DNA of 41,085 bases from Prevotellaceae bacterium (GTDB lineage: Bacteria; Bacteroidota; Bacteroidia; Bacteroidales; UBA932). The first letter of the stretch is position 1; the number at the start of each line of letters is the position of its first letter. The notes below the pieces were generated by a model. The model had not been told where the DNA came from, did not search any database, and was given only the letters and a program-made list of their open reading frames with translations. Of the stretch, positions 9,744 through 18,891 are shown piece by piece. Location of the stretch: positions 1 to 41,085 of the forward strand of contig JAITFU010000030.1 in the NCBI GenBank assembly GCA_031281125.1, in the 5' to 3' direction. Position numbers and translations under genes: made by a program.

Positions 9744-11219
9744 CTAAAACCACTCCACGCCATTGGCGCCGTTGGCGCCGCCGTTAGCGCTGCCGTTTCC
9801 GCCGGCGCCGCCGGTTCCTATATTGGCGCCGTTTCCACCGCTGCCGCCCAAACCCGGATTAATGCTCCCCAAGCCGCCAATGGCACAAACCTTATTGGCG
9901 GTAGTGGATGCTTGATTGGGCAACATGAACGCCTCGATAATGATGGAGGTATAGGTTCCGCCCGGTTTTGACGGTTCATTGGTGAACAGAGTACTTCTGC
10001 CCCCCCCGCCACCTATGCCTGCACCACCCCCACCCAAGCCGAAATTTGTGGCGAAACCGGGGTCTCCATCACCGCCCTTTGCCGTGATGGTGCCGCCGCT
10101 GATGATGATGCCTTCTACACTTCCATCGCTGCCGCCTCCAATGCCTGCACCGCATAAAGTTGCGGTTGCCTCAATGGTGCCGCCGGTGATGCATATCATC
10201 CCGTTACTGCTGCCGTAGCCGCCTCCTATGCCGGCGGCGCCTTTGCCTTTAGCGACCACAGTGCCGTTGGTTATGGTGATGTTACCGGCGTTTCCATTAG
10301 CACCACCGCCAATACCTGCGCCCCCGTCTCCCATGTTGGAGATGGCCGTAATAACACCGCCGTTGATGGCAATGTTGCCGCCATTGCCTTTATTTCCGCC
10401 TCCAATGCCCGCGCCTGACCAGGAGGAGGTTGCCGTAATGACGCCTGAGTTGATGGTAATCGCACCGGCACTGAGGTTATTGCCTCCGCCAATACCCGCT
10501 CCAAAATCGCCACCTTTGGCTTCTAACGTTCCCGATCCATCAATGCTGAGCGTTGTACCGGCAGGCACTTGTATGCCGGCAGAATTATCTCTCCCAAAAA
10601 AGGTGTTGGAACTGCCCGTAGCTAAGGTCAGCAATACATTGGCGCCACTTCTTAGGAGAAAGGGACTTCTACCCATACTCAAACCTGTTATAGTCACATT
10701 GTCTAAGGTAATGGCCACGGTTGCATCATCTTCCACCTCAATGCGCCTCAGGCTGGCAACCGGTAACTGATTGTTCCCAATCACCTTTACTGACGTGCCG
10801 TCAAGAATGGTATAAACAGAAGTTGTGGCGTTATAATTCCACCCGTGACCGCTTATATCGGAGGAGGGAGCGCCGGACAAATCAATCACATTTAATTCAA
10901 AAGTCGCCTTGATTGCCACATCCTCTTCTGGCATTACAAAGAACGTAGTAATGGCACTATTGTTGTCAAGGAGAACAGTGCCGCCCTCCACCGTCCATCC
11001 TGTAAAGAAATAACAAGGATCCGGTGTAGCGGTTATGGTTACAGTTACGCCCTTTATGGCCTTGTCAGAAGGGACTGAACTTGCCGTACCGTTGCCGTCG
11101 TTACTCATGGTAATATTGTTGGAAACATGAATCGCCCAGGGAGGGCAGCTATCCATATCGGTACAACCCAAAAGGATCAATCCGGTAAAAGTTAATACGA
11201 AAAATGATTTATGTAACAT
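9744..11219 (-). CDS. Candidate independently translated lipoprotein with a Listeria/Bacteroides-repeat-like domain, a GAGIGGG beta-helix repeat region and a Gly/Asn-rich tail
   Basis: Internal ATG at 11219 (codon 310 of the long ORF), preceded by AGGAGG (11234..11229) with a 9-nt spacer. Encodes [19 protein letters not shown] (lipobox). GWTVEGG...IKATFE resembles the Listeria-Bacteroides repeat. Six [14 protein letters not shown] units follow. Confidence 0.5.
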   Translation of the reverse strand: MLHKSFFVLTFTGLILLGCTDMDSCPPWAIHVSNNITMSNDGNGTASSVPSDKAIKGVTVTITATPDPCYFFTGWTVEGGTVLLDNNSAITTFFVMPEEDVAIKATFELNVIDLSGAPSSDISGHGWNYNATTSVYTILDGTSVKVIGNNQLPVASLRRIEVEDDATVAITLDNVTITGLSMGRSPFLLRSGANVLLTLATGSSNTFFGRDNSAGIQVPAGTTLSIDGSGTLEAKGGDFGAGIGGGNNLSAGAITINSGVITATSSWSGAGIGGGNKGNGGNIAINGGVITAISNMGDGGAGIGGGANGNAGNITITNGTVVAKGKGAAGIGGGYGSSNGMICITGGTIEATATLCGAGIGGGSDGSVEGIIISGGTITAKGGDGDPGFATNFGLGGGGAGIGGGGGRSTLFTNEPSKPGGTYTSIIIEAFMLPNQASTTANKVCAIGGLGSINPGLGGSGGNGANIGTGGAGGNGSANGGANGANGVEWF

Positions 11220-12146
11220 GCCATCACCCCTCCTTTTCTTTCCCAGTCGGTTCCCATCCTTTTGCACAGCACCGGACTTTGCAGGAGAGGGTTTGGGCTG
11301 AGGTGGAAGATGATTGAGTGTACGCACCTGAAGCATAGCCGGTTTGCCATTAACTACACTATATACGACCAACCCAACCCCAATTATAATGAATGGAATG
11401 CTTAACCATTGTCCCATATCTAACGTCATCCCTTCCTCAAAAGCTACCTGCGTATTTTTGATAAATTCGATAAAGAAACGGGAAGTAAAGACCAAGATTA
11501 AGAAAATGCCCAAAATCATTCCGGTCTTCAATTTTGGTAAAAATCGTCTGTATATCCACAACAGAAGAAAGAAAATCAGTAGATAACACAAAGCTTCATA
11601 AATCTGAGTCGGGTGCTTTGGAAGCACCTCTCCGCGCCTAACAAAAATGAAACCCCATGGGAGAGATGTCTCAATGCCGTAAATCTCGGAATTGACCAAA
11701 TTCCCCAATCGGATAAAACAGGCTGCCAGCGCCGTGGGTATTGCAACCCTGTCCAACAGCCAAAAATAGTTGAATCCATATTTGGGACCATACTTTTTAA
11801 TATAAAAGAACCACACCCCAATCAAAATGCCAATCGTGCCGCCGTGAGAAGCCAGTCCGCCTTCCCACATCATCAAGATTTTGAGCGGATTTGATAGATA
11901 ATATTCGGGGTCGTAGAAAAAGCAGTGCCCCAATCGTGCCCCAATCGCTGCAGAAAAGAAGACGATATAGGCCAATGGCTCCACAAGTGAGATGGGTAGT
12001 TGCTCCCGTCTAAAAAAATTCCGCATTATAAAGAAACCGGTAACAAATCCCAATACAAATAGAATCGAGTAATACCTAAACGAATAGGAACCAATAGTAA
12101 AAATGTCGGGATTAAAATCCCAAGTAACAGATAACAAGTGATTCAT
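9744..12146 (-). CDS. lgt: Prolipoprotein diacylglyceryl transferase (Lgt) ORF that continues in frame, with no stop, into a lipoprotein precursor
   Basis: 800-aa ORF. Residues 1 to about 270 carry Lgt motifs: [38 protein letters not shown]. There is no stop before a second signal peptide at residue 310. Confidence 0.85.
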   Translation of the reverse strand: MNHLLSVTWDFNPDIFTIGSYSFRYYSILFVLGFVTGFFIMRNFFRREQLPISLVEPLAYIVFFSAAIGARLGHCFFYDPEYYLSNPLKILMMWEGGLASHGGTIGILIGVWFFYIKKYGPKYGFNYFWLLDRVAIPTALAACFIRLGNLVNSEIYGIETSLPWGFIFVRRGEVLPKHPTQIYEALCYLLIFFLLLWIYRRFLPKLKTGMILGIFLILVFTSRFFIEFIKNTQVAFEEGMTLDMGQWLSIPFIIIGVGLVVYSVVNGKPAMLQVRTLNHLPPQPKPSPAKSGAVQKDGNRLGKKRRGDGMLHKSFFVLTFTGLILLGCTDMDSCPPWAIHVSNNITMSNDGNGTASSVPSDKAIKGVTVTITATPDPCYFFTGWTVEGGTVLLDNNSAITTFFVMPEEDVAIKATFELNVIDLSGAPSSDISGHGWNYNATTSVYTILDGTSVKVIGNNQLPVASLRRIEVEDDATVAITLDNVTITGLSMGRSPFLLRSGANVLLTLATGSSNTFFGRDNSAGIQVPAGTTLSIDGSGTLEAKGGDFGAGIGGGNNLSAGAITINSGVITATSSWSGAGIGGGNKGNGGNIAINGGVITAISNMGDGGAGIGGGANGNAGNITITNGTVVAKGKGAAGIGGGYGSSNGMICITGGTIEATATLCGAGIGGGSDGSVEGIIISGGTITAKGGDGDPGFATNFGLGGGGAGIGGGGGRSTLFTNEPSKPGGTYTSIIIEAFMLPNQASTTANKVCAIGGLGSINPGLGGSGGNGANIGTGGAGGNGSANGGANGANGVEWF
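10000..10525 (-). repeat. Coding tandem repeat array, about 87-90 nt (29-30 aa) units, GAGIGGG-x-G-x-I-x-I-x-x-G type
   Basis: The plus-strand complement of GAGIGGG (ccNccNccaatNccNgcNcc) recurs near 10009, 10135, 10222, 10309, 10399 and 10492. The protein shows repeated GAGIGGG...[10 protein letters not shown]-like units. Confidence 0.8.
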
Positions 12147-12169
12147 GGCTTTATGTTATATTCAATCTA

Positions 12170-12177
12170 CAAAGATA
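12170..12177 (-). promoter_or_regulatory. -7 promoter box TATCTTTG upstream of lgt
   Basis: Plus strand CAAAGATA, 24 nt upstream of the lgt ATG (12146). Confidence 0.45.
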
Positions 12178-12189
12178 GGCAAAATTCCG

Positions 12190-12197
12190 TACCTTTG
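12190..12197 (+). promoter_or_regulatory. -7 promoter box TACCTTTG upstream of smpB
   Basis: TACCTTTG ends 8 nt before the ATG at 12205 and lies inside the ORF-track extension (12145). Confidence 0.4.
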
Positions 12198-12204
12198 CGC
12201 CGTT

Positions 12205-12654
12205 ATGCCAAAAGCAAAGTCCAACATAGAGATAAAAAACAAACGCGCCGGCTTCGAATACGAATTTATTGAGTCGTTTACCGCCGGCATTGTGCTCACC
12301 GGCACGGAGATAAAATCAATCCGCGCAGGCAAGGCTTCGTTGGTGGATGCGTACTGTTACTTTGTTGGTAATGAACTTTTTGTTAAGCATCTGCACATAG
12401 CCGACTATTGGTGGGGCAGCTTTAACCAACACGATCCCAAGCGCGAACGCAAGTTGCTGCTCAACAGTAAAGAGTTGCGCAAATTACAACGCAACGTCAG
12501 AGAGAAAGGGCTTACCATTATTGCCACCCGCCTCTTTATTGCCCAAAACGGTTTTGCCAAGCTCAACATCTCATTAGCGAGAGGCAAACGCGAATACGAC
12601 AAGCGTCACACTATTAAGGAGAAGGATGTGCGGCGCGACATGGAGCGCGAATGA
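12205..12654 (+). CDS. smpB: SsrA-binding protein (tmRNA partner)
   Basis: Frame of ORF 12145..12654, with the start moved to [29 protein letters not shown] and the overall SmpB pattern are present. Confidence 0.93.
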   Translation: MPKAKSNIEIKNKRAGFEYEFIESFTAGIVLTGTEIKSIRAGKASLVDAYCYFVGNELFVKHLHIADYWWGSFNQHDPKRERKLLLNSKELRKLQRNVREKGLTIIATRLFIAQNGFAKLNISLARGKREYDKRHTIKEKDVRRDMERE

Positions 12655-13557
12655 TTAGCGCTCTATCCGTACAAATACACTCAATGGAAGCTGTTTACCA
12701 AATCGGTCTTTAATGATCAGCTCTCCAAACGACGTGTGCCCCGCACCGCCAAACGCCTCCCGTACCAACGTATTAGCCAACACCGCCGAGTAGCCATTGG
12801 AATAGAGATTTAGCAGTACAAAGCTATCCTTTGGCGCCAAAATGGCGTTGCACTCCCTTAACAACGCAAACAAACACTCGTCCAACTTCCATCGCTCCCC
12901 CTCCGGCCCATGCCCATACGCCGGCGGATCCAATATAATTCCTTGGTAAAGAGAACCCCTGCGCGCCTGCCTCTTTACAAATTTGAGCGCATCCTCCACC
13001 ATCCAGCGTATCCCATCCATCCCGCTCAACACCATATTCTCCCGCGCCCACGTTACCACTTGCTTCACCGCATCCAAATGAGTCACATCGGCCCCGGCGG
13101 CCCGCGCCGCCAAAGAAGCCCCACCCGTGTAAGCAAACAAATTCAAAATTTTTGGCACTCCGCCCATCTCATCCCCAATCCGTTTGGTCGCCCCATAAAT
13201 ATAGTCCCAATTGGGCGCCTGCTCCGGAAAAACCCCAATATGCTTAAACGCAGTAAGCCCCAACCGCATCTTCTCCGCAAACCCATTGCCCTGATAATCA
13301 ACACTCCACTGCTCCGGCATCTTTTTTACCAGAACCCACGACCCGCTATCCTCCTTACCGGACTTTCCAAAACCCGCCCCCTGCACAAATCGGGTGTGCG
13401 CCAAACCATTCCACTCCTTTTGAGACAACGATTTGTCCCATAACGCCTTAGGCTCAGGCCGTGCCAAAATATAAGCACCAAACCGTTCCAATTTTTCTCC
13501 GGCGCCGCAGTCAATCAACTCATAATCAGCCCAATTTTGAGGAGAGAGCAACAACAT
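12655..13557 (-). CDS. Class I SAM-dependent methyltransferase, RlmI/RlmK-like (rRNA m5C-type fold, no PUA domain)
   Basis: 300-aa ORF. SAM-binding LNLFAYTGGASLAARAAGA and DVTHLDAV. Catalytic-region IILDPPAYGHGPEG. Confidence 0.8.
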   Translation of the reverse strand: MLLLSPQNWADYELIDCGAGEKLERFGAYILARPEPKALWDKSLSQKEWNGLAHTRFVQGAGFGKSGKEDSGSWVLVKKMPEQWSVDYQGNGFAEKMRLGLTAFKHIGVFPEQAPNWDYIYGATKRIGDEMGGVPKILNLFAYTGGASLAARAAGADVTHLDAVKQVVTWARENMVLSGMDGIRWMVEDALKFVKRQARRGSLYQGIILDPPAYGHGPEGERWKLDECLFALLRECNAILAPKDSFVLLNLYSNGYSAVLANTLVREAFGGAGHTSFGELIIKDRFGKQLPLSVFVRIER

Positions 13558-13558
13558 A

Positions 13559-16024
13559 TTATTCCACTTTGATCGTCAAGGTTTTTGTTTCTGAGCCAAG
13601 ATAACTCTCTGCCTTTACGGTAAGGGTAAAAACCCCTACAGAAGTGGGCACTCCAAACAGCTCGCCCCTATATGGGTCAATCGTTATCCAACCCAACTCC
13701 GGATCGGCGCTTTCTACACTCCACACAAAGTTCTCGGTACCGGACGCAAAAAGAGTGGTCGAATATGGTTCCCCAATTGCACCGGTAGCCATCAGTTCCG
13801 TCACGATTGTGGGTGCGCCCATAGCATACACCACCTCGCCGCCAAGCACCGTCATTACTGCATTTATCTCCTTGATTTCAAAGTCCCAACACAAATTGCG
13901 ATCAAAGTAATCGCGGTCTATCACCACAAAGTCGGCCAAATAACCTTTTCTGAGTACCCCCTTGGTTTGCTCCTCAAAGTTTGCATACGCGCCCCCCCAT
14001 GTGGAGTAGTGTAGGGCCTCTGCCCTTGTAAGTCTCTGATCCTTATACCAGCCGCTCTCCTGTGAGAAGTTTTTTGTTCCGGGTTCAAATTCGGCTTTAA
14101 ATTTTTCTCTGTCTTGATCAATCACCTCTTGGGTGGGACCTGCCCTTCCCACCAATCCACTCCTACTCACCCTTGTTACCCCTGCATAAAGTCCATGATA
14201 CGGATTTAACAGTTCGACCGTTGCGTCTGTTCCCTGGGCAATAATCCCGCCCCTGTCAATCACCTCGCGCCAAGCATACGCGCCTACGATTCTGTCGGGT
14301 CCAATTAAATTTTCTGCGTAGGTCATATCCGAAGTGGCGTGGGTGGTTTGCATCGATAACACCATTCCTAACGCTACCGATCGTTCAATATCGTTAATAT
14401 TACTGTTGGTAAGCTCGCCATCAACCACAATATCTTGAATGCCAAGGCTTGCAATCTGGTAGTGTTCCGCTCTCTGTCGGTCATCGGTGACAAGGTCTAA
14501 CCTTCCTTCTGCAATCATCTCATTTTTAATCTTTTCGTAGAAATCGTTGAGCTTTCTGGTTGCGGCATCTCCAATCACATGAACGCTTGTTTGCCATCCC
14601 GCCATAATGTTCCGGCGCATAAAGTCCATAATGGTCTCATCTGTTTCGTAGCAAGTTCCCATAGAATTTGGATTGTTGTTGTATGGCGCAAGCATGGCAG
14701 CGTTTTGACCGCCAAACGCTCCGTCAATCAGCAGTTTTGATGCCCTTACCGTTAAGCGATGCCCATATTCGTTAATCAAACGACCATTTGCGTCTCCACG
14801 CCCTTCGCCTATCATTCGATCCCTAAACACTTGATCAGTTTTATTTGCACCACCATGTGCGATCTCAAGGTATATTCTCAATTTAAGTGAATCTGCAAAT
14901 CCTTGAAGTTTACCCTGATACGCTTGGTCAAGCAGTTCAAATGTTTCCATGCCCGAACCTGCATCCATAATGGTGGTAATGCCATAAGAAAAGCACGTTT
15001 GCTGGGCTGCATACACCGCAGCTCTGTATTGAGTAGCGCTTGATTCGGGAACGCGCACCATCCGAGTGGCATTTCCCTGTAAAACGCCAATTGCCCTCCC
15101 GGACTTACCCACAAGAGTAACAGCGACTCCGGAGGGATCGGGATAATCGGGAGGATTTTTGTCCCAATCGATGCGTCCCAACGCCACTATGATTCGCTGA
15201 TTAACACTACGATTGGCCGCGGGTACTGCAAGGGCGGCAGCCAATGCGCGGGCATTTCCCACCTCTAACGCTTTGGTGTTGTACCACGCCGCATGTCCCG
15301 AAGTATTGGTCAATGCCACCGGATAACCTCGTGACACCGCATCAAGTTCCCATCTTGTTGGCCAGTTAGAAACACCATCGGGGTGTGGGTTGGCGTCCCA
15401 ATCTCCCCCAATGCCGTTTGCCCATCCCTGCGATACAATCCACGTATCATTGGGGTTCGCGCCTTGTGCGTATAATTTGTCTGCCTCTGCTTTAACGGCG
15501 TCAATAATAGCGCTTTTTGGTTTATAAAATATGTCGATTTGATTGGATCTTACCCCTTCGTCTATATAGTGCATGTGGCTCTCTATCAAACCCGGAATTA
15601 CGGTTGCCCCTTTTAGATCGATCCAAATGGCATTAGGGCCGGGGGCCGCTGCGCTTCCAATAGAAACATTAAGATCCTCGTTGGCAATCCACTTAGTCAA
15701 ATCTCTCTCTCTATTGGCAACGCATTCAATAAACTGACCTTTTGTAACAATTGCCCAAGCCTCTATGTATGAGTTGATTTTACCGTTTGCTCCGGTAATC
15801 GTACCGGGCTTATGGTAATAATCAAACTCTTTTGGATTTGCTTCTGTATAAAACTTTCCGTTGTACCAAACGTAGTACTTGTTAGGGTCAAACGATCTCT
15901 GTTTTACCGTCGCTGTATGAGGGTTAAACGTCCCTCCCCAAATTTTGCGCTCAACAACTGTTTGATTGCACTGGACACAGGCAAGCAGACACAACGTAAA
16001 CGCCATAATAGCCATTGTTTTCAT
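13559..16024 (-). CDS. Amidohydrolase-3-type metal-dependent hydrolase lipoprotein with a C-terminal Ig-like domain
   Basis: 821-aa ORF. Signal/lipobox MKTMAIMAFTLCLLAC. VIPGLIESHMHYIDEG (HxH metal motif), SVHVIGDAA, and QGTDATVELLNPY near the end of the barrel. The C-terminal ~100 aa are beta-rich and Ig-like (FTLTVKAESYLGSETKTLTIKVE). The stop is 1 nt from the downstream MTase start. Confidence 0.8.
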   Translation of the reverse strand: MKTMAIMAFTLCLLACVQCNQTVVERKIWGGTFNPHTATVKQRSFDPNKYYVWYNGKFYTEANPKEFDYYHKPGTITGANGKINSYIEAWAIVTKGQFIECVANRERDLTKWIANEDLNVSIGSAAAPGPNAIWIDLKGATVIPGLIESHMHYIDEGVRSNQIDIFYKPKSAIIDAVKAEADKLYAQGANPNDTWIVSQGWANGIGGDWDANPHPDGVSNWPTRWELDAVSRGYPVALTNTSGHAAWYNTKALEVGNARALAAALAVPAANRSVNQRIIVALGRIDWDKNPPDYPDPSGVAVTLVGKSGRAIGVLQGNATRMVRVPESSATQYRAAVYAAQQTCFSYGITTIMDAGSGMETFELLDQAYQGKLQGFADSLKLRIYLEIAHGGANKTDQVFRDRMIGEGRGDANGRLINEYGHRLTVRASKLLIDGAFGGQNAAMLAPYNNNPNSMGTCYETDETIMDFMRRNIMAGWQTSVHVIGDAATRKLNDFYEKIKNEMIAEGRLDLVTDDRQRAEHYQIASLGIQDIVVDGELTNSNINDIERSVALGMVLSMQTTHATSDMTYAENLIGPDRIVGAYAWREVIDRGGIIAQGTDATVELLNPYHGLYAGVTRVSRSGLVGRAGPTQEVIDQDREKFKAEFEPGTKNFSQESGWYKDQRLTRAEALHYSTWGGAYANFEEQTKGVLRKGYLADFVVIDRDYFDRNLCWDFEIKEINAVMTVLGGEVVYAMGAPTIVTELMATGAIGEPYSTTLFASGTENFVWSVESADPELGWITIDPYRGELFGVPTSVGVFTLTVKAESYLGSETKTLTIKVE

Positions 16025-16040
16025 AAATTTCTTAAAAAGA

Positions 16041-16048
16041 CAAATATA
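16041..16048 (-). promoter_or_regulatory. -7 promoter box TATATTTG upstream of the amidohydrolase gene
   Basis: Plus strand CAAATATA, 17 nt upstream of the ATG at 16024. Confidence 0.4.
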
Positions 16049-16112
16049 GGCGAAATTCTTTTAAGTAACGCTTCACATTCTTGAAAAATTCGACATATCC
16101 AAATATATTTTA

Positions 16113-16120
16113 TATTTTTG
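16113..16120 (+). promoter_or_regulatory. -7 promoter box TATTTTTG upstream of pgk
   Basis: TATTTTTG lies 37 nt upstream of the ATG at 16157 and overlaps the ORF-track start at 16118. Confidence 0.4.
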
Positions 16121-16156
16121 TACTGTGATTACAACAGATTTTACATCACTATTATT

Positions 16157-17422
16157 ATGCAACAGATAGATTCTTACAATTTTACAGGTAAACGCGCCAT
16201 TGTCCGCGTGGACTTTAATGTTCCGCTCAACGCCAATTTTGAGGTGACAGACGACACCCGAATCCGTGCAGCCATCCCCACCTTAAAAAAAGTGCTCATG
16301 GGTGGAGGTTCTATTATCATTATGTCTCACTTGGGTCGCCCCAAGGCCGCCGAGAATAAATATTCTTTAAAACACATTATCCCTGTTATAGAGAAGCATT
16401 TGGGCACCTCTCTTCTCTTTGCTCCGGACTGTATGGGTCCACAAGCAGAAGATATGGCAAAAAATCTCCAACCCGGACAAGCGCTGCTGCTCGAAAATCT
16501 TCGCTTTTATGCCGAGGAAGAGGGAAAACCACGCGGATTGCCCGATGATGTCTCTGACGAAGAGAAAAAAGTGGCCAAAGCCCTTATGAAAGAGAAGCAA
16601 AAGCTATTTGTAGATCAATTGGCCTCTTATGCAGACTGTTACATTAACGATGCTTTTGGCACCGCACACCGCGCCCATGCCTCTACTGCAATGATTGCAA
16701 AGCATTTCTCTAACGACAAGATGTTTGGATACCTTATGGAGGGAGAGATAAAAGCCCTTGAACAAGTGCTGCAAAACCCTCAACACCCGGTAGTTGCCAT
16801 TCTTGGAGGCGCAAAAATTTCTTCTAAGATTGCGGTGGTAGAAAATCTTATGGATAAGGTTGACTCCATGATTATTGGCGGAGCAATGGCCTTTACCTTT
16901 ATCAAAGCAATGGGAGGAACATCCATTGGCGCCTCTTTATGTGAAGACGATCAATTAGATTTGGCCCGTACCATTATGAACAAGGCCCAAGAGAAGGGAG
17001 TGGAACTCTTTTTCCTTGGAGACGTAGTGGCTGCCGATGCCTTTGCCATTGACGCCAACACCCAAATATGCCCATCGGATCAAATTCCTGAAGGATGGAT
17101 GGGAATGGACGCCGGACCCGACTCGTTACGCGCTTGGGAAATGGTACTCATGGACGCCAAAACCATCTTGTGGAACGGTCCCGTAGGCGTATTTGAGATG
17201 CTTCCCTTTGCCAAAGGCACCCACAGAATTACCGAAATTCTTGCCGCCGCCACCGCACAAAACGGTTGCTTTACCCTTGTTGGCGGAGGCGATTCTGTAG
17301 CCGCCGTAAACCAAATGGGTTATGCCAACAAAGTGAGCTACGTCTCCACCGGCGGCGGCGCCATGCTCGAATATTTAGAGGGCATTGAACTCCCGGGCAT
17401 TAAGGCGATTCGCGAACAGTAA
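16157..17422 (+). CDS. pgk: Phosphoglycerate kinase
   Basis: Frame of ORF 16118..17422, with the start moved to [35 protein letters not shown], and GGGDS...STGGGA motifs are present. Confidence 0.97.
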   Translation: MQQIDSYNFTGKRAIVRVDFNVPLNANFEVTDDTRIRAAIPTLKKVLMGGGSIIIMSHLGRPKAAENKYSLKHIIPVIEKHLGTSLLFAPDCMGPQAEDMAKNLQPGQALLLENLRFYAEEEGKPRGLPDDVSDEEKKVAKALMKEKQKLFVDQLASYADCYINDAFGTAHRAHASTAMIAKHFSNDKMFGYLMEGEIKALEQVLQNPQHPVVAILGGAKISSKIAVVENLMDKVDSMIIGGAMAFTFIKAMGGTSIGASLCEDDQLDLARTIMNKAQEKGVELFFLGDVVAADAFAIDANTQICPSDQIPEGWMGMDAGPDSLRAWEMVLMDAKTILWNGPVGVFEMLPFAKGTHRITEILAAATAQNGCFTLVGGGDSVAAVNQMGYANKVSYVSTGGGAMLEYLEGIELPGIKAIREQ

Positions 17423-17607
17423 AAGACGCCAGCTTTGATTATTCGACGCCACTTTGCAAAGTCGCTACCATATTTCATTGCAGATAACTATTCTCGATGA
17501 ATAGTTTGGACTTGTTGTATTATCACCTCTTTTGATCTTCAGACCAAATTCGTTAGACTAAATCGCTGGCGGTTGAATTTCCTCGTTGCAATCTGTGAGA
17601 ATTATTG

Positions 17608-17615
17608 TAATTTTG
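17608..17615 (+). promoter_or_regulatory. -7 promoter box TAATTTTG upstream of the DUF3800 gene
   Basis: TAATTTTG lies 26 nt upstream of the ATG at 17641 and 11 nt upstream of the alternative ATG at 17626. Confidence 0.4.
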
Positions 17616-17640
17616 CAAGTAAAATTTGCAAGTTAATTCT

Positions 17641-18309
17641 ATGGACAAAACATTCAACATATATTGCGATGAAAGTTGCCATTTGGAAAACGACCACAAG
17701 CCGTTTATGTTTTTGGGATCAATCAGTTCGGCATACAATCAAGTACGTTTGCACACCGAACAAATCAGCCTGTTGAAAAAGAAACATAATTTTTACGCCG
17801 AAATAAAATGGACGAAAGTATCACAATCAAAGTTTCATTTCTATTCCGAGTTGATTGATTATTTTTTTGCTACCGACTTGAAATTTAGAGCAGTAGGTGT
17901 CGAAAAAGAGAAAATCAACAATGCTGCTTTCGGACATACTTATGACGATTTTTACTTCAAAATGTATTATCAACTTCTTAATCATAAGACGGATAGCCGA
18001 TATGCCTACAACGTTTATCTTGATATAAAAGATACTTTGAGCGCTTGCAAAGTTCGCCAATTAAGAGAAATTTTGAATACAAAATATGGAGTTTTCCGCA
18101 ATGTGCAAAATATCCGTTCACACGAAAGCTTTTTAATGCAGTTTACAGATTTTCTAACGGGATCAATTTCATATTATAAAAATAGTGCGGAAAAGCAAAA
18201 TCAGGCAAAAGTACAACTCGTAGAGCGAATTATAAAAAAATCGGGTTGCGACCTCGACCATACTAATTATTCCGAAAAATTGAATCTGTTTTTTATTGAA
18301 TTGAAATAA
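17641..18309 (+). CDS. DUF3800-family protein
   Basis: Frame of ORF 17626..18309. MDKTFNIYCDES (N-terminal DES motif) and the late FLMQFTDFLTGSISY block match my memory of DUF3800. The start could also be 17626. Confidence 0.72.
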   Translation: MDKTFNIYCDESCHLENDHKPFMFLGSISSAYNQVRLHTEQISLLKKKHNFYAEIKWTKVSQSKFHFYSELIDYFFATDLKFRAVGVEKEKINNAAFGHTYDDFYFKMYYQLLNHKTDSRYAYNVYLDIKDTLSACKVRQLREILNTKYGVFRNVQNIRSHESFLMQFTDFLTGSISYYKNSAEKQNQAKVQLVERIIKKSGCDLDHTNYSEKLNLFFIELK

Positions 18310-18310
18310 T

Positions 18311-18817
18311 ATGCCGCTGAATTTGCTTAAAAAATACAATCAATTATTGGATATTTCAGCAATGAATGAGTTTCAGCGCAAAAAATCGTTGAAAGGCGTG
18401 TTTGACAAGGATATAACCAACAATCACAACTTTGCTTTTCGCACAAAACAGATAAATCCGACACCTGCCGAGGGACAGGATTCAATGGAGCGTCTATTCA
18501 CACATTTAACGACTGTTATTACGGACAAAAGTTCTAATAAACGAGAATTTGATATGGCTCGTTCCGTGCGGTTACATTGGTTGAATTATCATATTGAAGA
18601 AAGTAAAAAAGCAAATATGTTTGTCTTTTCCGTTGCAGAACCAAATGGAACAAGGACTTACATTTACGATAAAGACGAGTTTTATGTGATAGTTTTAGAA
18701 CCAATGCGTAAAGGAAATAATTATTTTTTGCTTTCGGCATATTATCTTGAAGGTAAGGACAAAGCACGTGATAAAATGATGAAAAAGTATAAAAGAAGAT
18801 TGTCGGATGTGTTATAA
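18311..18817 (+). CDS. Hypothetical 168-aa protein, partner of the DUF3800 gene
   Basis: The ORF starts 1 nt after the DUF3800 stop. I recognise no family. The C-terminal beta-rich segment FYVIVLEPMRKGNNYFLLSAYYLEG, followed by a basic helix, is loosely reminiscent of RelE/barnase-like small nucleases (weak). Confidence 0.6.
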   Translation: MPLNLLKKYNQLLDISAMNEFQRKKSLKGVFDKDITNNHNFAFRTKQINPTPAEGQDSMERLFTHLTTVITDKSSNKREFDMARSVRLHWLNYHIEESKKANMFVFSVAEPNGTRTYIYDKDEFYVIVLEPMRKGNNYFLLSAYYLEGKDKARDKMMKKYKRRLSDVL

Positions 18818-18827
18818 AAAACAAAAA

Positions 18828-18850
18828 ACGCAGAACTTCGAGGTTTGCGT
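18828..18850. terminator. Bidirectional hairpin terminator (better on the minus strand)
   Basis: ACGCAGA (18828..18834) pairs with TTTGCGT (18844..18850), including one G-U pair. On the minus strand the hairpin is followed by TTTTTTGTTTTTT. On the plus strand it is followed only by CTTTCGATTTCC. Confidence 0.5.
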
Positions 18851-18891
18851 CTTTCGATTTCCTTTTCTCAAATGAGAAATGAACTCAGCCG

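Noticed and set aside
10000-10525. GC-rich periodic repeats considered as a possible CRISPR array
   Set aside because: The repeats are degenerate, have an 87-90-nt period with no unique spacers, and lie inside a continuous ORF encoding a regular protein repeat. There are no cas genes.
9979-10770. Long plus-strand ORFs (79 and 180 aa) encoding proline-rich PPPMPAPP-type sequence
   Set aside because: They are the antisense shadow of the Gly-rich GAGIGGG repeats (GGN codons read as NCC). They have no start context or promoter box, and the minus-strand frame has clear domain structure.
12910-13443. 177-aa plus-strand ORF inside the RlmI-like methyltransferase gene
   Set aside because: The P/R/H/L-rich composition is typical of an antisense frame in a GC-richer gene. 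The opposite strand carries clear SAM-MTase motifs.
17450-17467. Near-perfect palindrome GCCACTTTGCAAAGTCGC and the AT-rich hairpin AACTATTC-TCGAT-GAATAGTT (about 17487..17507) after pgk, considered as a pgk terminator or operator
   Set aside because: The stems are short and AT-rich, and no convincing U-tract follows. I could not distinguish them from chance and did not call them as features.
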